Source of the DNA: a virus
Lineage: Duplodnaviria > Caudoviricetes
Reading direction: 5' to 3' (one strand)
IMG/VR virus record: IMGVR_UViG_3300009124_000023
Location: 1-51,643 of that record
DNA: 51,643 nt
This document shows positions 44,127 through 51,643 of this stretch, piece after piece (position 1 is the stretch's first letter; each line of letters begins with the position of its first letter). The position numbers were made by a program, and so were the translations under genes. Under the pieces are notes generated by a model. The model ran no database searches, had not been told where the DNA came from, and saw nothing but the letters and a program-made list of their open reading frames with translations.

Positions 44127-44424
44127 TTTTTAAAACTCCCGTTTTAGTTAACAAGTATATTGAGACAAATTAAAACAAAAATATCAAGCAAATATTAAAA
44201 ATAATAGGGGTTAATTTGTTTAAACGGGGTTAAATTTATGCAACCTTTGCAAAATAAATATAATTTTACAACCGCATAACATTTTGCAAATGTCCGTTTA
44301 CTAGATTTTGCAATTTGTCAAGCTTTGTAAAATCTTTTTAAAATCCTTGACAAATTTTACAAAATGCAGTAAGGGCTAAAAAAACCCTTGCACAATTTTG
44401 CAAAATGTAGTAAGGAAAATTAAT

Positions 44425-44440
44425 TGTGACAATTTGCACA
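44425..44440. promoter_or_regulatory. CRP-like site
   Basis: TGTGA-caattt-GCACA; related copy TGTGAcaatttGCTAA at 43333..43348. Confidence 0.45.
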
Positions 44441-44644
44441 AAAGGCTTGACGGGGTTTTAAAATTTTGATAGGGGGAGGCAGGATGCACATGGGGGGTAC
44501 TACCCTATATATATAGTTGACGTATATTTTACACAAGTTTTATACGTTTACCAGTTGTCTAAAAACCCCCTAGTTCTGATATAAATTTTAACAAGGTTTG
44601 ACAGGGGTATGTGTATGTTGCAACCCTGCCAAACTTACAGTTTT

Positions 44645-44673
44645 ATTATACACTTTTTTTTCCCATTTGTCAA
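44645..44673 (-). promoter_or_regulatory. Perfect-consensus sigma70 promoter (leftward)
   Basis: TTGACA-N17-TATAAT on the minus strand. Confidence 0.85.
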
Positions 44674-44732
44674 GGGGTATTATCATGTAGTAACGTAAAG
44701 GTTACATTTGATTATAAAATACTTGTTAGGAC

Positions 44733-44761
44733 TTGACAAATGATAATTCATACTGTATAAT
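44733..44761 (+). promoter_or_regulatory. Perfect-consensus sigma70 promoter (rightward; leaderless terS mRNA)
   Basis: TTGACA-N17-TATAAT; ATG begins 7 nt after the -10. Confidence 0.85.
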
Positions 44762-44767
44762 AAGCTT

Positions 44768-45193
44768 ATGAGTTATTTAGAACCTCGTAAGAAAACTCTT
44801 ACTGAGAAGCAACAAAAGTTTTTAGATTGTTTAGTGGAAACACAAGGCAATCCTAAACAAGCAGCCGAACTTGCAGGATACTCAGGCAACTACCATCAAG
44901 TACTGAAATCGTTAAAAGAAGAAGTGATAGATTTAGCCTCGGAAGTATTAGCAAGGTCAGCACCTAGAGCAGCTTTTAAGTTGATTGAGGTTATGGAGTC
45001 CGATAGACCCGTACCTCAAGCATCCAATAAGCTCCAAGCAGCCCAGACTATTCTAGATAGGGTGGGTGTTGCTAAAACAGAACGCATCAATGTTAATCAT
45101 ACGACAGGTGGGGGTATCTTTATCCTCCCTGAGAAGAATGATGTTACCGATGCTGATTATGAGGTAATTGAGAGTGAAGATATTCCTGACTGA
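44768..45193 (+). CDS. terS: Terminase small subunit (HTH)
   Basis: LTEKQQKFL...AAELAGYS HTH; AAQTILDRVG; FILPEK. Confidence 0.75.
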   Translation: MSYLEPRKKTLTEKQQKFLDCLVETQGNPKQAAELAGYSGNYHQVLKSLKEEVIDLASEVLARSAPRAAFKLIEVMESDRPVPQASNKLQAAQTILDRVGVAKTERINVNHTTGGGIFILPEKNDVTDADYEVIESEDIPD

Positions 45194-45356
45194 AGTGACA
45201 GACCCAGTTGATGATAAAAAGTTAATTGGTCCTTATATTAAGGCTGAAACTTTTGAGGAAGCTGAAAAAATCGCTTTTGAATATGAACTAGGTTTGATAG
45301 GGGAACTCCATGAGTTGATTACCGATGAGAATGACCCAAGAATAACATTACATTAA
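45168..45356 (+). CDS. Hypothetical protein
   Basis: GPYIKAETFEEAEKIA...IGEL motif. Confidence 0.65.
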   Translation: MRVKIFLTEVTDPVDDKKLIGPYIKAETFEEAEKIAFEYELGLIGELHELITDENDPRITLH

Positions 45357-45357
45357 T

Positions 45358-45654
45358 ATGGCACACGAAGATAGAAAAGCATCAATGCTTAAAAGATACA
45401 AGCTGAAAGGAGTTAATAAACCTAAAAAAACTCCACAGCATCCAAAAAAGTCCCATATGGTGTTAGCTCAAGAAGGACATAAGTTAAAACTTATTCGTTT
45501 TGGCGAACAAGGTGCCAAGACAGCTGGTAAGCCTAAAGCAGGTGAATCAGAACGAATGAAGAAGAAACGTAAGAGTTTCAAAGCTCGTCATGCAAAGAAC
45601 ATTGCCAAAGGCAAGATGTCAGCCGCATATTGGGCAGATAAAGTAAAATGGTAA
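45358..45654 (+). CDS. Lys-rich conserved phage protein
   Basis: KLIRFGEQG...RKSFKARH...SAAYWADKVKW. Confidence 0.8.
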   Translation: MAHEDRKASMLKRYKLKGVNKPKKTPQHPKKSHMVLAQEGHKLKLIRFGEQGAKTAGKPKAGESERMKKKRKSFKARHAKNIAKGKMSAAYWADKVKW

Positions 45655-45655
45655 A

Positions 45656-45705
45656 CGTTCAAGCCTAATGGCTCGGAAGTAGACTGGTTGTAGTTGAAGG
45701 AACGC
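45656..45705 (+). ncRNA. Glutamine-I riboswitch aptamer (glnA RNA motif)
   Basis: CGTTC-a-AGCC(taat)GGCT-CGGAAGTA-GACTG(gttg)TAGTT-GAAGGAACGC: P1/P2/P3 and conserved junction nucleotides of the glnA motif. Confidence 0.8.
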
Positions 45706-45727
45706 ACATCTGATAAGGAGGTGCAGT

Positions 45728-45829
45728 ATGTCAATTACAACACAACTAACTTTGAAAAAAGTTTTACAAACTAAGAAATTAAAACAACGAGAACAAGCAT
45801 TTAAATTGTTCTTACTAAAAAGGAAATAA
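45728..45829 (+). CDS. 33-aa basic peptide downstream of the riboswitch, not in ORF track
   Basis: SD TAAGGAGGT 5 nt before ATG; MSITTQLTLKKVLQTKKLKQREQAFKLFLLKRK. Confidence 0.75.
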   Translation: MSITTQLTLKKVLQTKKLKQREQAFKLFLLKRK

Positions 45830-45830
45830 A

Positions 45831-45968
45831 ATGGAATATTTATTAGTAATTATATTTGCTGTAGCAGTTGCTGCAGTTGCATTACATGCGTTTAAACCTG
45901 AATGGTTTGCACCAGTAAAAGAATTAATCAATAAAAAGAAATTAAGCAGAAGCAGTAAGAAGAAGTAA
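45831..45968 (+). CDS. 45-aa single-TM protein, not in ORF track
   Basis: MEYLLVIIFAVAVAAVALHAFKPEW...; RBS AAGGA. Confidence 0.65.
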   Translation: MEYLLVIIFAVAVAAVALHAFKPEWFAPVKELINKKKLSRSSKKK

Positions 45969-46129
45969 TGCCACAAATCGGAAGTCCGGATAAACCGGTA
46001 ACATTTAAATCAGGCACTATTGCTGGGAAGGGTTCCAAAGCCCGTCCCGGTGTTTACACTAAAGAATACAGAGACAACTTTGATAGGATATTTGGAAATG
46101 CCAAGAAAAAAAAGCACAACAAAAAGTAA
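45968..46129 (+). CDS. 53-aa basic phage protein (GKGSKARP...YRDNFDRIF), not in ORF track
   Basis: Hand translation; TAATG coupling. Confidence 0.7.
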   Translation: MPQIGSPDKPVTFKSGTIAGKGSKARPGVYTKEYRDNFDRIFGNAKKKKHNKK

Positions 46130-46295
46130 AAGCAAGGTAAATCAAGCTGGTAACTATACGAAACCAGCAATGCGTAAGAGGCTTTTCGAGAAAATCAAAG
46201 CCGGTTCTAAAGGTGGTAAACCCGGACAGTGGTCGGCTCGGAAAGCCCAGCTTTTAGCTTCTGAATACAAGAAGAAAGGCGGAGGCTATAAGTAA
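46098..46295 (+). CDS. Lys-rich protein (DUF5872-like N-terminal part)
   Basis: YTKPAMRKRL...GGKPGQWSARKAQLLASEYKKKGGGY. Confidence 0.75.
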   Translation: MPRKKSTTKSKSKVNQAGNYTKPAMRKRLFEKIKAGSKGGKPGQWSARKAQLLASEYKKKGGGYK

Positions 46296-46349
46296 TGTTG
46301 TATGGAGTCGAAGAAGCATTTAGATTTGTTAAGGAATGGTTAAGAAACG

Positions 46350-46502
46350 ATGCCGTTGAAAAAGGGAAAAAGTCAAAAGGTCGTCAGCGAAAACATTCGC
46401 AGACTAAGAAAAGAAGGTAAACCACAGAAACAAGCTGTGGCGATTGCCTTATCTAAAAGTAAGAAGTATGGCAAAAGCAAAGTCGCAAAGAAGTCTAGAT
46501 AG
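46350..46502 (+). CDS. 50-aa basic protein (MPLKKGKSQKVVSENI...KQAVAIALS), not in ORF track
   Basis: Hand translation; widespread phage motif. Confidence 0.7.
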   Translation: MPLKKGKSQKVVSENIRRLRKEGKPQKQAVAIALSKSKKYGKSKVAKKSR

Positions 46503-46710
46503 ATGGACCAAACAAAAATGGACAACAGCTAGTGGTAAAAAATCTAGTAAGACTGGTGAAGTTTACGCACCTAAGAAGACCATAGAGAAATTAAAGTCCA
46601 CTGCTGCAGGTCGTAAGAAACTTGCCGCTGCTACTAAGAAAAAACGAGCAGCTACTAAGAAAGGTAAACAATATGCTAAGCACGGACTACATAAAGGCAA
46701 GAAACGATGA
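46468..46710 (+). CDS. Lys-rich protein (DUF5872-like C-terminal part)
   Basis: SLDRWTKQKWTT...TGEVYAPKK...GKQY. Confidence 0.7.
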   Translation: MAKAKSQRSLDRWTKQKWTTASGKKSSKTGEVYAPKKTIEKLKSTAAGRKKLAAATKKKRAATKKGKQYAKHGLHKGKKR

Positions 46711-46976
46711 TGATGTTACCCGATGGTTACATTAAAAGAAAAACCTCAACCATTCCTTTTGGTTATGCCGAATCCGATATTGATGGTTATTTTAAACCCG
46801 TGCCAGAAGAGTTAGAAGCTCTTGAGGTTGTTGAAGAAATGCTCAACAATCAAGAAATAAGTCTGCAAATTGCTTCAGACTGGTTAGGCTACAAAGTTGG
46901 TCGTACTATGTCAAAAGCTGGACTGAAGAAACACATGGATAAAAAATATGGCAAAACGAGGCAGACCTTCGCTTGA
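46707..46976 (+). CDS. Small DNA-binding protein (IPFGY motif, recombinase-domain-like HTH)
   Basis: STIPFGY...SLQIASDWL...SKAGLKK. Confidence 0.65.
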   Translation: MMMLPDGYIKRKTSTIPFGYAESDIDGYFKPVPEELEALEVVEEMLNNQEISLQIASDWLGYKVGRTMSKAGLKKHMDKKYGKTRQTFA

Positions 46977-48543
46977 TGAAGTTCTTAGCGATGTTAATAA
47001 AGCTAAGCAACATAAAACCAAAGTCAAACGAACTTTAAAATCCAAAGAAGACCAGATTAAAAAGCTAGAAATAGCTTTAAGCAACAAACGCAATTCCCTT
47101 AAAAAATCCAAAGAAGTTTTAGCAAAGCTTGACAAGACTGCTGACAATCAAGTTGTTAGTGAAGAACAGTTGCAAGATTTGCCCAAGGCTGTACAAGATG
47201 CTGTCACTTCTGACAATGTTTTATTTCAACCCAACGAAGGACCACAGACAGACTTTCTAGCAGCCGATGAAAAAGATGTGTTGTATGGAGGTGCTGCCGG
47301 TGGTGGTAAATCCTATGCCATGTTGGTTGACCCTTTAAGATACTGTCATAAGAAAGCTCATCGTGCTTTGATACTTAGAAGGTCCATGCCAGAACTACGA
47401 GAGTTGATTGATAAGTCTCGTGAATTATATCCCCAAGCATTTCCCGGTGCTAAGTTTCGAGAAGTTGAAAAGGTTTGGAACTTTCCGTCAGGAGCTAAAA
47501 TAGAATTTGGCTTCTTGGAAAAAGATGCTGACGTTTATCGTTATCAAGGTCAAGCCTATTCTTGGATTGGTTTTGATGAGATTACCCACTTACCGACAGA
47601 GTTTGGGTGGAACTATCTAGCTTCTCGACTTAGAACCACTGACAAATCATTAAAGACTTATCTTCGCTGTACTGCTAACCCCGGTGGTGTTGGTGCAGCT
47701 TGGGTAAAGAAAAGATACGTTGAACCAGCAGAACCTAATAATTCTTTTAAGGGTTCTGATGGCTTGACTAGAAAATTCATTCCAGCATTACTACAAGATA
47801 ACCCATACCTATCTGAAGATGGTGTTTATGAAACTATGCTGAAATCTTTACCAGCAACACAACGTAAACAACTACTTGAAGGTAACTGGGACATTGCCGA
47901 AGGTGCAGCCTTTAGTGAATTTGATGTTGGATTGCATATTGTTGACCCCTTTCAGATACCTCCACACTGGCAAAGAGTTAAAGGAATTGACTATGGATAT
48001 GCTTCAGAATCGTGTTGTTTATGGGGTGCAGTCGATATAAATGACGGAACTTTGATAATTTATAGGGAATTATACCAAAAAGGCTTGACAGGAGAGGAAT
48101 TAGGTGGTATAATAACTAATATGGAACTAGAAGACCCAATCTCAGTTTCAGGTGTACTTGATACTGCAGCTTGGGCAAGAACAGGAACGACTGGTCCTAC
48201 TGTTGGAGAAACTCTGCAAAAAATGGGTCACAAACTCAGACGAGCAGACAAAAATAGAATACAAGGAAAAATACAGATACATGAGTATTTGAAAGAGCAG
48301 CCTAGCGGAAGACCTAGACTGCAAATATTTAGTACTTGTAAGAATTTGATAAGGGAGTTACAAACGATTCCACTATCAAAGAATAACTCTGAAGATGTGG
48401 ATACTCATGCTTCTGACCACGCATACGATGCATTAAGGTATATGATAATGAGTAGACCTAGAATCCAATCAACTTACGATGAGTTGAGAAGGATAAAAGA
48501 AGAGTCATTGTTTAATCCAGCAGATTCGACTTTTGGATATTAA
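46948..48543 (+). CDS. terL: Terminase large subunit
   Basis: Walker A YGGAAGGGKS, Walker B IGFDE, TANPGG, GIDYGY, DHAYDALRY; N-terminal basic/coiled-coil extension. Confidence 0.95.
   Translation: MAKRGRPSLDEVLSDVNKAKQHKTKVKRTLKSKEDQIKKLEIALSNKRNSLKKSKEVLAKLDKTADNQVVSEEQLQDLPKAVQDAVTSDNVLFQPNEGPQTDFLAADEKDVLYGGAAGGGKSYAMLVDPLRYCHKKAHRALILRRSMPELRELIDKSRELYPQAFPGAKFREVEKVWNFPSGAKIEFGFLEKDADVYRYQGQAYSWIGFDEITHLPTEFGWNYLASRLRTTDKSLKTYLRCTANPGGVGAAWVKKRYVEPAEPNNSFKGSDGLTRKFIPALLQDNPYLSEDGVYETMLKSLPATQRKQLLEGNWDIAEGAAFSEFDVGLHIVDPFQIPPHWQRVKGIDYGYASESCCLWGAVDINDGTLIIYRELYQKGLTGEELGGIITNMELEDPISVSGVLDTAAWARTGTTGPTVGETLQKMGHKLRRADKNRIQGKIQIHEYLKEQPSGRPRLQIFSTCKNLIRELQTIPLSKNNSEDVDTHASDHAYDALRYMIMSRPRIQSTYDELRRIKEESLFNPADSTFGY
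48085..48113 (+). promoter_or_regulatory. Perfect-consensus sigma70 promoter inside terL
   Basis: TTGACA-N17-TATAAT with extended TG. Confidence 0.7.
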
Positions 48544-48546
48544 TAA

Positions 48547-50787
48547 ATGGCAGAAGATAACAACAACGAAAATTCTTTTTTAAATGCCGACTACATCTAT
48601 GAAGATGTTGAAGGTGAAGCAGGAAAAAATTTAAATCTCATTCCTGACCAAAAGAATAATTTAGTCGGACTTATTCAAAGTCGTTTTACTGTTGCTGAAG
48701 AAGCTAGAGACGTTGATGAACGTAGATGGCTTGAAGCCTATGAAAACTACAGAGGACTTTACGGCAAACGTGTTAAGTTTAGAGAATCCGAAAAGTCTCG
48801 TATCTTTATTAAGATAACAAAAACAAAAGTACTAGCTGCTTTTGGTCAATTAGTCGATGTACTATTTGGCACAGGTAAGTTTCCTATTGGTATTAGTGAA
48901 ACTAAAATACCTGAGGGTGAAAGAGAAGATGCTCATTTAGATTTTCAAAATCCACAACCCGGTATCGAAACTTCACAACCTGAGCAAATGCCTGACAATA
49001 TTGGTAATCTTGTCGGTGGTCCATTTGACATAGGTTATGAAGGTGATGGTAAAGTTCTGAAACCGGGAGCTACATTTGGCGATGGGATGTTTGAAGAATC
49101 TGAACAATCCTTAGAAGACAAAGCTGAACAATTAGGCATCTTACGAGAAGGTACTTCACCAGACCCACAAAAGTTAGAACTATCTCCAGCACAAAGAGCT
49201 GCGAGAAGAATGGAAAAATTAATCCATGACCAAATTGAAGAATCAAATGGTTCTTCTGAAATGAGAAGTGCATTACTAGAATCAGCACTATTAGGAACAG
49301 GAATTATTAAGGGTCCTTTTAATTTCAACAAAACTCTTAATAATTGGCAAGTTAATGAAGAAGGTGAAAGAGTATATTCACCTGTCAAGGTTAGAGTACC
49401 GAGAATTGAATTTGTAAGTTGCTGGGACTTTTACCCAGACCCCGGTGCAACTAATATCGAAGAATGTGAGTATATTATTCATAGACATAGAATGAATACT
49501 TCACAGTTAAGAGCATTGAAAAACATGCCTTACTTTGATAACGATGCTATCCGTGAAGCAATTCAAAATGGTCCTAACTACATAGAAAAAGACTTTGAAA
49601 GTCAAATCAAGGACGACTACTCTCCTGAAGAAGCATACTCAAATGCGTTTGAAGTAGTTGAATACTGGGGTATCATGGATGCTCAGTATGCTAGAGAAGT
49701 AGGTATCGAACTTGAAGATGACATAGACGATTTAGATGAAGTGCAAGTTAATGCATGGATTTGTGGTGATAAGTTATTAAGGGCGGTAATTAACCCATTC
49801 ACACCTTACAGAATACCTTATCATGCTTTCCCATACGAAAGGAATCCTTATAATTTCTTTGGTGTTGGAGTAGCTGAGAATATGAATGATTCACAGCAGA
49901 TTATGAATGGTCATGCAAGAATGGCTATTGATAACCTTGCTTTGTCTGGTTCTTTGGTATTTGACATAGATGAATCAGCTTTGGTAGCTGGTCAGAATAT
50001 GGAAATATATCCCGGTAAAATCTTTAGAAGACAAGCTGGGATGCCGGGACAAGCCATTTATGGTTTAAAGTTCCCAAACACTGCACCTGAAAACATGATG
50101 ATGTTTGATAGGTTTAGACAGTTAGCGGATGAGCAAACAGGTATACCAAGTTACTCACATGGTCAAACAGGAGTACAAAGTATGACAAGAACTGCTTCCG
50201 GTATGTCAATGTTATTAGGAGCAGCAAGTTTAAACATTAAAACAGTTGTTAAGAATCTTGACGACTTTTTATTGAAGCCTTTAGGAGAAGCTTATTTCGC
50301 ATGGAATATGCAATTCTTTGAAGGTGATTTAGACGTTAAAGGTGATTTAGAAGTTAAGGCTACTGGTACCAATAGCTTGATGCAGAAAGAAGTTAGAAGT
50401 CAAAGATTGACAATGTTCTTACAAACTGCACAAAGTCCAGCCATTGCACCATTTGTTAAGATTTCTAAGTTGGTTAGTGAACTTGCCTACAGTCTTGATT
50501 TGGACCCTGATGAAATACTCAATGACCCAGAAGAGGCTGCAATGATGGCACAAATAATAGGTATGCAAAATGTTAGACAAGAAACTGGCGAAGAAGCTCA
50601 ACCTCTTGGTGAACAACCGGGAGCTATGGGAGGCATTCAAGGAACACCTCAACAACCAACGGAACTTGGACCTACAGGCACTGGTGGTGGCAACATCGGA
50701 GTTGGAAATGTACCGGTTGCAGGGGAAGATTCGTTTAGTGGGACAGTTGGAGCAGTTACAGCAGCAGGTGCAGGAAGCCCTGAATAG
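48547..50787 (+). CDS. Portal protein (allele B, full length)
   Basis: 746 aa after terL; LGTGIIKG, WDFYPDP, FFGVGVAE, RTASGMSML motifs. Confidence 0.9.
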   Translation: MAEDNNNENSFLNADYIYEDVEGEAGKNLNLIPDQKNNLVGLIQSRFTVAEEARDVDERRWLEAYENYRGLYGKRVKFRESEKSRIFIKITKTKVLAAFGQLVDVLFGTGKFPIGISETKIPEGEREDAHLDFQNPQPGIETSQPEQMPDNIGNLVGGPFDIGYEGDGKVLKPGATFGDGMFEESEQSLEDKAEQLGILREGTSPDPQKLELSPAQRAARRMEKLIHDQIEESNGSSEMRSALLESALLGTGIIKGPFNFNKTLNNWQVNEEGERVYSPVKVRVPRIEFVSCWDFYPDPGATNIEECEYIIHRHRMNTSQLRALKNMPYFDNDAIREAIQNGPNYIEKDFESQIKDDYSPEEAYSNAFEVVEYWGIMDAQYAREVGIELEDDIDDLDEVQVNAWICGDKLLRAVINPFTPYRIPYHAFPYERNPYNFFGVGVAENMNDSQQIMNGHARMAIDNLALSGSLVFDIDESALVAGQNMEIYPGKIFRRQAGMPGQAIYGLKFPNTAPENMMMFDRFRQLADEQTGIPSYSHGQTGVQSMTRTASGMSMLLGAASLNIKTVVKNLDDFLLKPLGEAYFAWNMQFFEGDLDVKGDLEVKATGTNSLMQKEVRSQRLTMFLQTAQSPAIAPFVKISKLVSELAYSLDLDPDEILNDPEEAAMMAQIIGMQNVRQETGEEAQPLGEQPGAMGGIQGTPQQPTELGPTGTGGGNIGVGNVPVAGEDSFSGTVGAVTAAGAGSPE

Positions 50788-50803
50788 AAAAGAGGAAGCA
50801 TGA
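50570..50803 (+). CDS. Allele B of the 77-aa overlapping ORF
   Basis: Identical to 665..898 except the last residue. Confidence 0.8.
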   Translation: MLDKKLAKKLNLLVNNRELWEAFKEHLNNQRNLDLQALVVATSELEMYRLQGKIRLVGQLEQLQQQVQEALNRKEEA

Positions 50804-51643
50804 GAAATTTATTAGATGACGATAATAAAAGATTAGAAGGACCAGAACAAAGAGTTGTTGATTTTGGTATGCGAGACGACTATGTTAATCAAGGTATTTT
50901 AACAGGAATTATTAGTGAAGTTAAAATGATTAACAAATATAAAGATACTAAAAAATATGACAGTCCTGAAAAATTAGAAGCTCATCTAAATGAATATATA
51001 AATGAAGTAGCAGATAATACCAAAGATTTAGGTTCTCTTAATAAAGAAGTTATGAGGGATGAATTTAGAAAAGAACTTGGTATTTATGAAAAAAGAAAAG
51101 AATTAAAAGATGGTGGCGACCCAAACGAAGGTATAACAGAATTAAGGAAAGTTGCACCTGAAGTAGTTGAAAGAATGGGTTTTCAAGAGGGCGGCGAAAA
51201 TGATGCTCCAGAACTTGATAGAAAAATATACACAAGTCCTGAAAAGATAAAAGAATATGCAGATTATTATGGCATATCAGAGAAAGAAGTCATAGACAGA
51301 CATCAACAATGGAATTTAGGACAATGGCAAAACATATTTAAAAAAGTAGGATTTGATGTTGATAATGATTATGAATTAAATAGATTGCAAGATTATGGCG
51401 AAGGACAAACATTAAATACAAAACTTAAAAAAGAATTATTTAATAAATATAACCTACCTGAAGATTCATCAAAAGAAGATGTACTGGAATTTGTAAAAGA
51501 AGTAAGACCAGATTCTGCAGAAAAAGGTTTATTTGAAAGAGAACAAAAAGCTGAAGGTGGCGAAATGGAAATGCTACCTGACGAAGAAATGGAACAAAAC
51601 TTTATAGACTTTATAGTGGACGAAGCATTGTCCGAAGAAGAAG
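50800..51643 (+). CDS. Allele B of the 900..1880 gene with a different N-terminal region (3'-truncated; not in ORF track)
   Basis: Open from ATG 50800 (MRNLLDDD...) to the edge; rejoins allele A at EREQKAEGGEM and EMLPDEEMEQNFIDF. Confidence 0.85.
   Translation, partial: MRNLLDDDNKRLEGPEQRVVDFGMRDDYVNQGILTGIISEVKMINKYKDTKKYDSPEKLEAHLNEYINEVADNTKDLGSLNKEVMRDEFRKELGIYEKRKELKDGGDPNEGITELRKVAPEVVERMGFQEGGENDAPELDRKIYTSPEKIKEYADYYGISEKEVIDRHQQWNLGQWQNIFKKVGFDVDNDYELNRLQDYGEGQTLNTKLKKELFNKYNLPEDSSKEDVLEFVKEVRPDSAEKGLFEREQKAEGGEMEMLPDEEMEQNFIDFIVDEALSEEE

Noticed and set aside
44690-44705. NtcA box
   Set aside because: Spacing is GTA-N10-TAC, not GTA-N8-TAC.
44751-44770. Third LexA box at the terS promoter (also 42063-42078)
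   Set aside because: Only half-sites; the partner CTGT/ACAG is missing.
46707-46976. Serine integrase
   Set aside because: Only 89 aa with no catalytic domain.
49906-51643. T7-like direct terminal repeat
   Set aside because: Copies differ, begin mid-portal and have 77-nt anchors typical of assembly overlap.

Overview
The window is an essentially complete, circularly permuted ~50 kb genome of a podovirus-like dsDNA phage. It has T7-type replication genes but no RNA polymerase and no integrase. Gene families and Gamma/Beta-type LexA boxes suggest a marine proteobacterial host (inference). The plus strand runs terS, small basic proteins, terL, portal, a putative head-processing protein, scaffold, major capsid, tail tube proteins, a repeat-rich tail fibre, internal virion proteins, lysozyme and holin. 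It then carries a six-gene accessory module: CsgF, CsgG, a curlin-like protein, a FecR-domain protein, a membrane protein and a CHASE2 class III adenylyl cyclase. The minus strand carries small early genes, a pyrimidine-dimer glycosylase, SSB, primase-helicase, Pol A, nucleases and class I RNR. The two ends (1-1437 and 49906-51643) are two different alleles of the same locus. Strongest leads: (1) the curli-pore/FecR/CHASE2-cyclase trans-envelope module; (2) a recurrent R-x5-G-G peptide motif shared by several virion proteins and delimiting swappable modules in a protein at the prohead-protease position; (3) a glutamine-I (glnA-motif) riboswitch ahead of a 33-aa basic peptide; (4) LexA boxes, CRP-like sites, a GTTTAAAC cluster and structured RNAs in the early region. 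All calls were made by eye; no database search was run.
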